Shown: positions 49,395-57,781 of the stretch, in pieces
How positions within the stretch are numbered: position 1 is the first letter of the stretch
Layout: every line of letters starts with the position of its first letter
DNA from: an uncultured bacterium
GTDB taxonomy: Bacteria; Oederibacteriota; Oederibacteriia; Oederibacteriales; Oederibacteriaceae
Length of the DNA: 64,000 nucleotides
Assembly (NCBI GenBank): GCA_965112635.1
Contig: OZ218778.1
Span: 1,760,001-1,824,000, forward strand
Direction of reading: 5' to 3'
The notes under the pieces: generated by a model
Told to the model about the DNA's origin: nothing
The model's database searches: none
The model's input: the letters and a program-made list of their open reading frames with translations, nothing else
Position numbers and translations under genes: made by a program

Positions 49395-49763
49395 GTGATC
49401 GCCGTTAGAAGCAAGCCCGTCAATCAAGAATTGGTGACCACGGTCCTTAAAGCCACTGACGATAAGCAAGCCCATGATGTTGTGCTTTTAGATGTCAGAA
49501 AATTGACCTATTTGACCGACTACCTGCTTATTTGCCATGGCCATGCCAGGACCCATATTCAAGCCATAGCCGATGAATTAAGGACCAAGCTCAAAGCGAT
49601 GGGGCTGGGTTATGGGAGGATGGAGCGGGACAAGGGAGAAACCTGGATCCTGTTGGATTTTAACGAAATTATTTGCCATATTTTTTCAAAGGAAGCTAGG
49701 GAGTTCTATGCTCTGGAGAAGTTTTGGGATGAAGCTCATAAAATCAATGGTAGGATACATTAA
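49395..49763 (+). CDS. rsfS: Ribosome silencing factor
   Basis: DKQA.DV..LDV, DY..IC.G...HI.AIA, WILLDF..II.HIF..EAREFY.LEKFW. Confidence 0.93.
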   Translation: MIAVRSKPVNQELVTTVLKATDDKQAHDVVLLDVRKLTYLTDYLLICHGHARTHIQAIADELRTKLKAMGLGYGRMERDKGETWILLDFNEIICHIFSKEAREFYALEKFWDEAHKINGRIH

Positions 49764-49795
49764 TGAATTATGATTCTATTTTCAGGGGGTGGAGC

Positions 49796-50548
49796 ATGAG
49801 GCAGATAAAGGTCGTATCCATATTTTTGTTGATGGCAGTCCTTTTAGGGGGGCTTGTCCCAGTATCCGTTTTTGGCAAGGATGAAGACACGAAGCGTGTA
49901 GCCACAAATTTGTATGTCGTGGATATCCCTACTGCGAACACTTTATTAAGGGGCACTTATGATGCCTTTGCCAGGTTGTACGCTCCCGACGGCATTGTCG
50001 GTAGGTTTGTGATAGCCTTGAACGACCAGTTTCTTTTTGGTGGCGGTATCAACATGGAAAATATCATTGGTTCGGGGGATGTCCAGGCCCAAACTCCGCG
50101 TTTTATAGCTAAATGGAGAATTATTGCGGAGGATAAAAATATCCCTGCCTGCGCCATAGGTTATGATGGGTTGGGTTATGGTGACTATAATTCTGATTCT
50201 GGGGTTTGGCAGCACAAGCAAAAAGGTTTTTATGGCGCAGTGACCAAAGAGTTCAGTAGTTTTGGAATCTTCCAATTGACGTGTGGAATGAGCAGGGTGG
50301 ATAGTCGTGTTTATGACCCCCAGCGGGATATCACGGCATTTGCGGGTCTGGCTGCGGCTATTATCAAAGAAGTAGCTCTAAATGTGGAATATGATGATTG
50401 GTTTAATACTCAGGGCGGAGAATTTAATGTCGGGCTTGGTTATAATTTTGACCCTGCCATGAAGCTGGAATTTGATCTCGAGGATATCGGAAGAGCCGGG
50501 GATTCCCTGGAGCGCACTTTAAAGATCGAATATTGCAATTACATTTAG
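49796..50548 (+). CDS. Outer-membrane beta-barrel-like protein (YjbH-like)
   Basis: Signal peptide; DIPTANTL.RG N-terminal motif; amphipathic strands (ALNVEYD, FNVGLGYNF). Confidence 0.55.
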   Translation: MRQIKVVSIFLLMAVLLGGLVPVSVFGKDEDTKRVATNLYVVDIPTANTLLRGTYDAFARLYAPDGIVGRFVIALNDQFLFGGGINMENIIGSGDVQAQTPRFIAKWRIIAEDKNIPACAIGYDGLGYGDYNSDSGVWQHKQKGFYGAVTKEFSSFGIFQLTCGMSRVDSRVYDPQRDITAFAGLAAAIIKEVALNVEYDDWFNTQGGEFNVGLGYNFDPAMKLEFDLEDIGRAGDSLERTLKIEYCNYI

Positions 50549-50608
50549 TGGCGAGATTTTCCCATATTTACAACCATTCTTGCTCTTTTTGTATTTTTAG
50601 CTACTTCG

Positions 50609-50637
50609 TTGACAAACGGTATTATGACAAGTAATAT
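50609..50637 (+). promoter_or_regulatory. Candidate sigma70 promoter of the motor cluster
   Basis: TTGACA-17 nt-TAATAT about 100 nt upstream of the first gene. Confidence 0.5.
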
Positions 50638-50735
50638 TCATTCAATACAGTAATTCATATTGTAAAATCAGCGTTTTCTGTTGTTTGGTTGAGTGCGTGG
50701 GGAAGTATTTTCCCTGAAAAAATAAAAAAGGGAAA

Positions 50736-51095
50736 GTGAAGGGCGTGAAAAAAGCTGATGAAATCAAAAGACCTCTGAGTTTTGCGACAGGCGAAAAACG
50801 AGAGGCCTTTAGTGCTTTGATCAGGCTTCTCCAAAATGGCGACTGTACTCCTGAAGAACTCACCAAGTATATACTTTCCCAAAAGCAATCTCAGGAACAA
50901 TCCGAAGAAACAGAAATCCCCGCTTCCCGGACATTCCATTTTGGATCCGATTATAGGACTAAAGAGCGAGCCTTTACTCATTTTGAGCATATGCCCCGGA
51001 TGGCCAAGCCAAAAGTTAATTATTTCAACTGGACGGTATTCTTCTTCTTTCTTTTCATGACCATCTTTATACTTCGCAATTTTATTTTTCGATGA
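50736..51095 (+). CDS. Hypothetical protein with single C-terminal TM helix (first gene of motor cluster)
   Basis: 119 aa; hydrophobic tail WTVFFFFLFMTIFIL; 10 nt from the next gene. Confidence 0.6.
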   Translation: MKGVKKADEIKRPLSFATGEKREAFSALIRLLQNGDCTPEELTKYILSQKQSQEQSEETEIPASRTFHFGSDYRTKERAFTHFEHMPRMAKPKVNYFNWTVFFFFLFMTIFILRNFIFR

Positions 51096-51105
51096 GGATA
51101 AAACA

Positions 51106-52770
51106 GTGAGCTTTATCAAAGATTGTGACAACTGGCTGCGCTTGGGAAAAATGCTTACAGGCTGGTTGTTGTTTGTGAGCATTTTCTTTATGACCAGCAT
51201 CTACGCTTTGGACTTAACCCATGGTGACCTGTTGGTCGGAAAGTTGCAATATGAAAGGGAATTAGAAAGAAGGATACAGTCCATATTGATCTCCACGGTT
51301 GGTCCTCAAAAGGCGAAAGTTTCGGTGACCCTGGAGGTCAACAGCGAAGTCGTCTCCAGCAAGGAGGAAACAATCCATTCCGAGACCACCAGCCAGACCA
51401 TTGTATTGAGCAACGGCATCCAAGAGGAGAACTTTGACAATCCTGAGGCGGGGACGGGTGGTCCAGGCAAGGAAGGCAGCGCCAATCAGGCTAGCAGCAA
51501 TGTCTTGGAAGAAACCCGGACCACCAAAGAAACCTTGTCGATGCCTTCCAATTTGATCAAAAAGCTGTCTATCTCTTTGTTGATCAGCGACAAGGTCCCT
51601 GATGCTCTTATCGAAAAAGCCAAGACCATCATTATGGAAGCAGTCAGTTTTAATGCCGACAGGGGGGACCAGCTATCTTTACAAAAGGTCACCTTTATTT
51701 CCGGTGCCGCAGGGGAGATGGAGCAGATCCAGGACCAAAAACAGACAGCGGATTTCTGGCTTGCTTTAACCCGGTATGCCTTGAGCTTGATCTTGGGGGT
51801 CGCTTTCCTTTTGTTTTTGTTCAGTTTGTTAAATACTTTCCGTACCCTGAAACAGGCTGAGATCAATGTGTCCGCTCAGGCCATAGCCGCCAAGGCAGCC
51901 CCTGCCGAAGGCGAGGTCGCAGGACCGGCCGGGGCCACGGCGATCCCGGCTGCGGGATTTGCTGCCGTAGGTGTCCCCGGCACAATGCTTCCCGGGATGC
52001 CTATGGGAATGCCTGGAACGATCACGGTTGGACCCCAGCGCTTCGCTTTCCTCCAGGAGAAGAATTCCAGGGCTCTTCTGCATTTGATCCAAAAAGAGCC
52101 GATCCAAACTATTGCTTTAGTGCTTTCCTATATTACCCCAGAGCAGGCAGCCGGGATCTTGCAGTCCCTCCCAGGGGAGATCCAAAGCCAGGTCGCCTCT
52201 AGGATCTCTACGATCAGTGAAATGTCACCGACGGAAGTGAACAGAATCGAGCAGGATATCAAAGAGAAGATCGATTATGTGGTGGGGGGCAGGGATTCCC
52301 TGGTCAATATCATCCAGAGCATGGGTCCCGATGGAATGAAGGCTATCATCGGCAATCTTGACAGGAGCAATCCAAAGCTGGCCGGTGAATTGAGGCCTTC
52401 ACTATTTACTTTCGATGATGTCCTCCTGTTGGATAGTTTTGCGATCCAGCAAGTTGTCAGGCAACTGAGCATTCCGGAACTGGCCATCGCTTTAAAAAAT
52501 GCCAGCGAAGAGATAAAGAACAAGGTTTTTGGGGCCTTGGCTGAGGGTGCCGCCCAGTTGCTCAGGCAGGAACTGGAGTTGATGAGGCCGCTGCCCGCTC
52601 GGCGCTATATAGAAGCGCAGCGTAAATTTATTCAGGCGGTAAGGATACTTGAACAACAGGGCGTAATCTTTGTGCAGAGAGAAGAATCGACTCCTTCCTC
52701 AGTCGGCGGCAACGACCTGGGTGGTGGGCCTGGTTTAGGGCCCGATTCTCCTTTGGCGCCGATGACCTAG
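51106..52770 (+). CDS. FliF C-terminal ring-domain (RBM3-like)-TM-FliG middle/C-terminal domain fusion
   Basis: Signal peptide (..SIYA/LD); FliF-like ERELERRIQSIL..VG...KVSVT.EV and IKKLSISLLI...AVSFN.DRGDQLSL..V.F; one TM; FliG-like FAFL..EPIQTIALVLSYI.PEQAAGIL..LP, VGG, LFTFDD, IALK, EAQRKFI..VR.LE..G. Confidence 0.85.
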   Translation: MSFIKDCDNWLRLGKMLTGWLLFVSIFFMTSIYALDLTHGDLLVGKLQYERELERRIQSILISTVGPQKAKVSVTLEVNSEVVSSKEETIHSETTSQTIVLSNGIQEENFDNPEAGTGGPGKEGSANQASSNVLEETRTTKETLSMPSNLIKKLSISLLISDKVPDALIEKAKTIIMEAVSFNADRGDQLSLQKVTFISGAAGEMEQIQDQKQTADFWLALTRYALSLILGVAFLLFLFSLLNTFRTLKQAEINVSAQAIAAKAAPAEGEVAGPAGATAIPAAGFAAVGVPGTMLPGMPMGMPGTITVGPQRFAFLQEKNSRALLHLIQKEPIQTIALVLSYITPEQAAGILQSLPGEIQSQVASRISTISEMSPTEVNRIEQDIKEKIDYVVGGRDSLVNIIQSMGPDGMKAIIGNLDRSNPKLAGELRPSLFTFDDVLLLDSFAIQQVVRQLSIPELAIALKNASEEIKNKVFGALAEGAAQLLRQELELMRPLPARRYIEAQRKFIQAVRILEQQGVIFVQREESTPSSVGGNDLGGGPGLGPDSPLAPMT

Positions 52771-52824
52771 GAAGCCGCTGCGGCGTCAGATTGACACTAA
52801 AACCAAGTTTGGAGCATATCAATA

Positions 52825-53589
52825 ATGGATAAGATGTCATTGTTTGGCTATGTCTTTGGTGTCGGTATATTCCTGCTGGGTATGCACCAGGGCGGGACGA
52901 CCAGCCTTTTCTTGAATGAGCACGCGGTGGTCCTCGTGCTGGGGGGTACCTTTGCCGCTGTCATGATCAGTTCCAGTTTTGAACAGACGGTCGTCGCGTT
53001 TAAATCCCTCAAAATATTGTTTTACCCCAAGAAGTATATGCCTGCTCAAGAAATCATCGATGTGATGGTAGGCTTGGCTGAGAAGGCCAGAAGGGATGGA
53101 GTGGGTTCTCTGCCCGAGGAGGCAAAAAAATATAATGAGCCCTTTCTTTCCAACTCGGTTCAGCTAGTGGCGGACGGTTTGCCTTCTGCAACGGTCCAGG
53201 AGATCATTGAAATGGAGATCAATAATACCCGGGACCGCCATAAGGAGAACAGCAATTTCTACCGTGTGGCCGGTATCTACGGCCCCATGTTCGGTCTATT
53301 AGGAACTTTGATCGGCATCGTCCAGGTGCTGAGGAATATTGGGGGGGACCCGACCACAGTGGGTCCGGCCATGGCTGTTGCCATTACGACGGCTTTTTAC
53401 GGGATATTTCTGGCGAACTTTGTGTGTATGCCCATCGCCAATAAACTGAAATTAAGATCAGATGAAGAACTCGCTTTAAAAGAACTTACCATCGTTGGTC
53501 TTATTGCCATCGAATCCGGAGACCTACCCTTGGTTGTGCGGAGAAAGATGGAGACTTTTCTGTCCTATTCCCAGAAAAAAAAGAAATAA
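52825..53589 (+). CDS. motA: MotA/PomA-family stator subunit
   Basis: VLGGTFAA, ARRDG, L..DG, P.FGLLGTLIGIV.VL, GPAMAVA....YG...AN....PIANKL. Confidence 0.92.
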   Translation: MDKMSLFGYVFGVGIFLLGMHQGGTTSLFLNEHAVVLVLGGTFAAVMISSSFEQTVVAFKSLKILFYPKKYMPAQEIIDVMVGLAEKARRDGVGSLPEEAKKYNEPFLSNSVQLVADGLPSATVQEIIEMEINNTRDRHKENSNFYRVAGIYGPMFGLLGTLIGIVQVLRNIGGDPTTVGPAMAVAITTAFYGIFLANFVCMPIANKLKLRSDEELALKELTIVGLIAIESGDLPLVVRRKMETFLSYSQKKKK

Positions 53590-53659
53590 AAAGCCGTTCA
53601 TTTGTTGACCGGGAAAGCGAAGCAATGCTTCATCCCTCGAAGGGATAAAGGAATCTGCC

Positions 53660-54355
53660 ATGGCCATCAGAAAAAGACCTCCTGAAGATATCGAATCCCT
53701 TATGCATCGCGGGACGCAATGGATCATTGTTTATGGCGACCTGATGTCCTATTTGATGATATTTTTCCTTATCTTGTTCGCATTTGCCTCGGCCAAAAAA
53801 GGGAATTTCGTGGAATCCCTCAAGGGAATTGAAAAAACCTTCGGGCAAAAAGAGAAGAAGATGTCCCAGGAGGCGATGAAAGAGGTTCAGGTCCAATCCG
53901 AGATACAAAGTTTTCTGGTCGCGCAAAACCTGACCCAAGTTGCCCGCGTGGTCATGACCGAACAAGATCTAAAAGTTATATTGACCAGCCCAGTGCTTTT
54001 TCCGTCCGGCTCGGCAGAGTTGCATCGCAAATCTTACGGTATTTTGCATACTATAGCCCAATCTATGAAAGATATGCCGAACTATGTCACGGTTGAGGGC
54101 TTCACGGATAATGTCCCAATTCATTCAGCCAAATACAGTTCCAACTGGGAATTGTCCGCGGCGCGAGCCATGCAAGTTGTCAAATACTTTATTGAAGAGG
54201 AGAAAATCTCTCCCACTCAGATCTCCTTCACGGGGTATGGCGAGTACCAGCCGGAATATACCAATGACACCGAAGAACACCGGGGATTGAATAGAAGGAT
54301 CGAGATTATCATCCACCGCATTTTGGTCCCCGTCACGGCAACAAAAAAATCGTGA
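53660..54355 (+). CDS. motB: MotB/PomB-family stator subunit with OmpA-like peptidoglycan-binding domain
   Basis: WIIVYGDLMSYLMIFF (essential Asp); LFPSGSA.L, VEGFTDN.PI, SNWELSAARA, GYGEYQP, NRRIEI. Confidence 0.92.
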   Translation: MAIRKRPPEDIESLMHRGTQWIIVYGDLMSYLMIFFLILFAFASAKKGNFVESLKGIEKTFGQKEKKMSQEAMKEVQVQSEIQSFLVAQNLTQVARVVMTEQDLKVILTSPVLFPSGSAELHRKSYGILHTIAQSMKDMPNYVTVEGFTDNVPIHSAKYSSNWELSAARAMQVVKYFIEEEKISPTQISFTGYGEYQPEYTNDTEEHRGLNRRIEIIIHRILVPVTATKKS

Positions 54356-54371
54356 GAATGAGGGCGGGATT

Positions 54372-55862
54372 TTGAGAATAATCATATGGGTCCTAGCCGC
54401 TTTGATCGTGGGGGGTGCCGGTCTTGCGGCGGCCCAGGAAGCCCAGATGCCCAGCGCCGACATCTTTGTCCACGGTAATCTGGGGCAGCAAAAGATCGGG
54501 AATACGATCGTCATCCAATGCGATGTCTTTAACACGGGGCCTGTGGCGCATTTTTTCCCGGTCTCCGTGAAATTAATGAACGCTGCCGATAACATCGTCC
54601 TGCCGTTCCAGTCCATTTATTTAAAACCCGGGCAGTTCGGCACCTTGACTTTCAATTATGCCTTAAAACCCGACAGCACGAGCCTCGGCCTTTATGCGGT
54701 GGAGGGCAGTGTTTGGCAGGTTCAGGGGCCTAAAAAACGCCTGTCCCTCAAAACCGATACCCAAATCTTTGAGGTGGTGTTGGGTGAAGTTATGAAAAGT
54801 GTCGTCCTGGAAAATTTAACGCTCAAGGGGAAGGTCGTGGGAGGCTCCACGGTGTCTTTGAAATGCCTGGTCCGCAACACCGGCAAGGTTTCCTATACCT
54901 TCCCCGTGAGCGTTAATTTGAGCGGGAGCGATGGGCCTTTTATCGCACCGGTCAAGACCGTGACCCTGGGGCCCAAAAAGAACCAGGGCCTTTCTTTTGA
55001 TGTCAAAATACCCGCTGAAGGGATAGAGCCTAACGCGGTTTTGAGGGTCGTCGCCTGGGATAGGAAGGACGAGAAGGGAAAGTTGCTCATGCCTTACGCT
55101 GACGCCGTCATATCCTTGGAGACAGCCAGCCAGACCTCGGTGGAGGCGTCTTTTGACGGCGAGATAGGGGACCAGCCCCGGGGCAAGACGTTTACTATTG
55201 CTTGCAAGATTAAAAATAACGGCGGCACCCGATTTGAGTTCCCCGTCAAGCTGGATATTTTAGATTCTTCTGATGAACTGGTCGCGACCCCTAAACCTAA
55301 AAAAGTCCTTTTAAAACCAGGGGAAACGAAAAGGATCGGCTTCAGCACCGCGATCAAAGAGGTGGGTGCTTACCAAGCTGTGGTGAGTGTTTGGAAAGAA
55401 AGACGCGGACCCGACAGTTTTGTCGATAAGCTTACGGAGGAGGAACAGAATTTTTCGATTGCCAACGAAGCCACAGGAGGGGCTGAGCAGCAGGGGATGG
55501 ACCTCGGAGTCGGCGAGACCCCTTCCGTGGCCCCGCCTGCGGTGAAATTGATGGACATCATGCTGGCAACATCCCAGGACCAAAAAACACCGGTCAAGGC
55601 CCAGGTGTCCGATAAATTGGGGGCGGTTTCCTGCCGCCTCTATTACCGCCTGAGCACCGAAACAAATCCTGATTTTGTGGAGATGAACCTTTTTTCTGGA
55701 GATGCCAAGAGTGGAGTATGGGTGGGCGAGGTGGATCTCTCCAGACTTTCTGGAAAAATAATTTTTTACGCGGAAGCGGCCAATACAGAGTCCGTGCTAG
55801 GTCGATCCAAAGAATACAGTATTGCCAAGATGGCTACTCCGAAAAACAAACCCAATAAATGA
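54372..55862 (+). CDS. Secreted protein with three tandem Ig-like (CARDB-like) repeats and a C-terminal Ig-like domain
   Basis: Signal peptide (AAA/QE); three repeats C.V.N(T/N)G....FPV.(V/L): CDVFNTGPVAHFFPVSVKL, CLVRNTGKVSYTFPVSVNL, CKIKNNGGTRFEFPVKLDI. Confidence 0.7.
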   Translation: MRIIIWVLAALIVGGAGLAAAQEAQMPSADIFVHGNLGQQKIGNTIVIQCDVFNTGPVAHFFPVSVKLMNAADNIVLPFQSIYLKPGQFGTLTFNYALKPDSTSLGLYAVEGSVWQVQGPKKRLSLKTDTQIFEVVLGEVMKSVVLENLTLKGKVVGGSTVSLKCLVRNTGKVSYTFPVSVNLSGSDGPFIAPVKTVTLGPKKNQGLSFDVKIPAEGIEPNAVLRVVAWDRKDEKGKLLMPYADAVISLETASQTSVEASFDGEIGDQPRGKTFTIACKIKNNGGTRFEFPVKLDILDSSDELVATPKPKKVLLKPGETKRIGFSTAIKEVGAYQAVVSVWKERRGPDSFVDKLTEEEQNFSIANEATGGAEQQGMDLGVGETPSVAPPAVKLMDIMLATSQDQKTPVKAQVSDKLGAVSCRLYYRLSTETNPDFVEMNLFSGDAKSGVWVGEVDLSRLSGKIIFYAEAANTESVLGRSKEYSIAKMATPKNKPNK

Positions 55863-55902
55863 TCCGGAATCAGGATACAGGCATCGGCCTTAGGGGTGAA
55901 TC

Positions 55903-56580
55903 ATGAAGACAAGGTCAAAAAATATTTCAATGGAATTATCAATCAGCCTTTGTTTTCTTGTTTTGTTCTGCTTGTCCGCAGAGCTATGGGGCGCCCAGCC
56001 CAGCGCGACACCATTTTCCCCGCAGTCGGATAATGACTACGAACAAAATTACAACGAAGCGATGTCCTTTTACAATGCGGGATTGTTGGATAAGGCCAAG
56101 GCCAGCTTTCAAAAGGTGATCAAGATAAGACCAACGGCCGGAGCCTATCATTATCTGGGCATGATCAGCCAAAAAAAGAACCAGGTCAAAGACGCCATCT
56201 GGCAATGGAAGCAGGCTTTAAACTTGGAGCCGCGACTGGCTGTGGTCTGTTTTAATATCGGGTTGGCTTATGGTTCGTTGAAGCAAGTGGACGAACAGAT
56301 TAAATGGTATAAAAAGGCAGTGGCTTTAAATCCGAAATATTCAAAAGCATGGAACAATCTCGGTTCAGTGTATCTTGAGAAGAAGAGGACCACCGATGCA
56401 TTAAATGCCTTTAGGACCTCGTTGAAAACCAATCCCCATTATGCTGTGGCCGCGGAGAATCTGGCCCTGGTCTATGAAAAGATGGGTCGTCACATTGAAG
56501 CCAAGAAGGAATGGAAATACGCCGCTTCGATAGAGACGAGGCCTGAGTGGAAAAAGGTTTTGGCAGCCAGAGCCAAGTAA
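55903..56580 (+). CDS. Secreted TPR protein
   Basis: Signal peptide; about 5 TPRs (AYHYLG, CFNIGLAY, AWNNLGSVY, AAENLALVY). Confidence 0.85.
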   Translation: MKTRSKNISMELSISLCFLVLFCLSAELWGAQPSATPFSPQSDNDYEQNYNEAMSFYNAGLLDKAKASFQKVIKIRPTAGAYHYLGMISQKKNQVKDAIWQWKQALNLEPRLAVVCFNIGLAYGSLKQVDEQIKWYKKAVALNPKYSKAWNNLGSVYLEKKRTTDALNAFRTSLKTNPHYAVAAENLALVYEKMGRHIEAKKEWKYAASIETRPEWKKVLAARAK

Positions 56581-56832
56581 TGAGCTAGCTAGATTCCTTT
56601 GGTTTTATCCTTTCAATTTTGTTTTTCCTTTATTTACAACCCTTTTATTAAATCCTTTTCTTAAATTTGTGACCAAAATCACACCAAAAAAGTGAAGAAA
56701 TCAAGGGAATTATCCTGGTTTATCCGCTAAAATTTCCTATAACAATTTATAAAAAATCGAAAAAGCCGGCCCAATGCGCGAGCTTGGGTGGGAAAACTAT
56801 CCTCCTATAATTTAGGAACAAGGGGTATACCG

Positions 56833-57768
56833 GTGGCTGATATACATAAAGAAAAAGATATTCTTCTTTTACCCCTTCTCATTACTTTTCTTGCCCTGAC
56901 TTGCCTCATCTTCATCCCTGTCCTCGTGTCCGCTGAAGGAAATACTGCCGCTCAATTTTTAAAGATCCCTATCTCAGCCCGTCCAGCCGCCATGACTGCT
57001 TTTGGAGCCGTCTCTGACGACGTGAACGCCTTGCTTTATAACCCGGCCGGCTTATCCCAATTGTCCCAAAACGAGTTCTCCCTCTCCTATGTTAAATATT
57101 TCACCGACACAAACATGGCATTTTTGGGACTGGCTGTCCCGCTCGCGCACATCGGCACTTTTGGTCTTGGCGTCACATACCTGAGCGTCCTGAATATTGA
57201 CGCCAGGGACGCGCAGGAGAACCAGGCCGGAAGTTTTGGGAGCACGGATTGGGCCGTCACTTTGTCCTACGCCAAGGAAAACCTATGGGGCAACCTGAAT
57301 GCAGGGGCAAGCCTTAAGGTGGTGGGGGAGACTATCGATGCCACAAGCGCAAACGGGCTGGCCGGCGATGTGGGGGTCCTTTGGATCGGTAAAGAGCCGA
57401 GGGCTTCGATAGGACTGGAAGTGGAAAATGTCGGGACCGGCCTGCAATTCATCAATGTCAGTGATCCCTTACCCTTGGGAGTTGTTCTATCAGGTGCTTA
57501 CTGGCCAGTGGAACAGATAGTCGTCGGTACGGATGTGGACATGTATGTGCTGGAGAACAAGACCTATGTGTCCCTGGGCGGGGAAGACTGGCTGACCAAA
57601 GAGTTCGCTCTCAGGCTTGGTTACAAGTTCGGGACCGATCTGGGCCCGCTTTCCGGTTTGACCGGTGGGATAGGGCTGGCCATGGCGGGTTACAGCGTGG
57701 ACTATGCCGCTGGAGATGCCGGAGACCTGGGCACACTGCACCGGGTTTCTTTGGGAATAAAATTTTGA
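56833..57768 (+). CDS. PorV/UPF0164-family outer-membrane barrel
   Basis: AAQFLKIPISARPAAM..AFGAVSDDVNALLYNPAGL, LRLGYKF, DYA....GDLGTLHRVSLGIKF (C-terminal Phe). Confidence 0.85.
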   Translation: MADIHKEKDILLLPLLITFLALTCLIFIPVLVSAEGNTAAQFLKIPISARPAAMTAFGAVSDDVNALLYNPAGLSQLSQNEFSLSYVKYFTDTNMAFLGLAVPLAHIGTFGLGVTYLSVLNIDARDAQENQAGSFGSTDWAVTLSYAKENLWGNLNAGASLKVVGETIDATSANGLAGDVGVLWIGKEPRASIGLEVENVGTGLQFINVSDPLPLGVVLSGAYWPVEQIVVGTDVDMYVLENKTYVSLGGEDWLTKEFALRLGYKFGTDLGPLSGLTGGIGLAMAGYSVDYAAGDAGDLGTLHRVSLGIKF

Positions 57769-57781
57769 AAGGGCAGGCTGA

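Noticed and set aside
50655-51200. 181-aa minus-strand ORF opposite the motor cluster start
   Set aside because: Overlaps two plus-strand genes that fit an operon with promoter and RBS; no recognisable motif.
51106-52770. MgtE N-terminal domain instead of FliG
   Set aside because: The QTIALVLSY, GG linker, LFTFDD hinge, IALK and C-terminal EAQ..I...R.LE..G all follow FliG order, and motAB is adjacent.
52825-54355. Zorya (ZorAB), ExbBD or TolQR interpretation of the MotA/MotB pair
   Set aside because: MotA has the flagellar-type cytoplasmic ARRDG domain and no long ZorA tail. MotB has the W..YxD TM plus OmpA-like domain. The neighbour is a FliG-domain protein, and there are no zorC/D/E genes.
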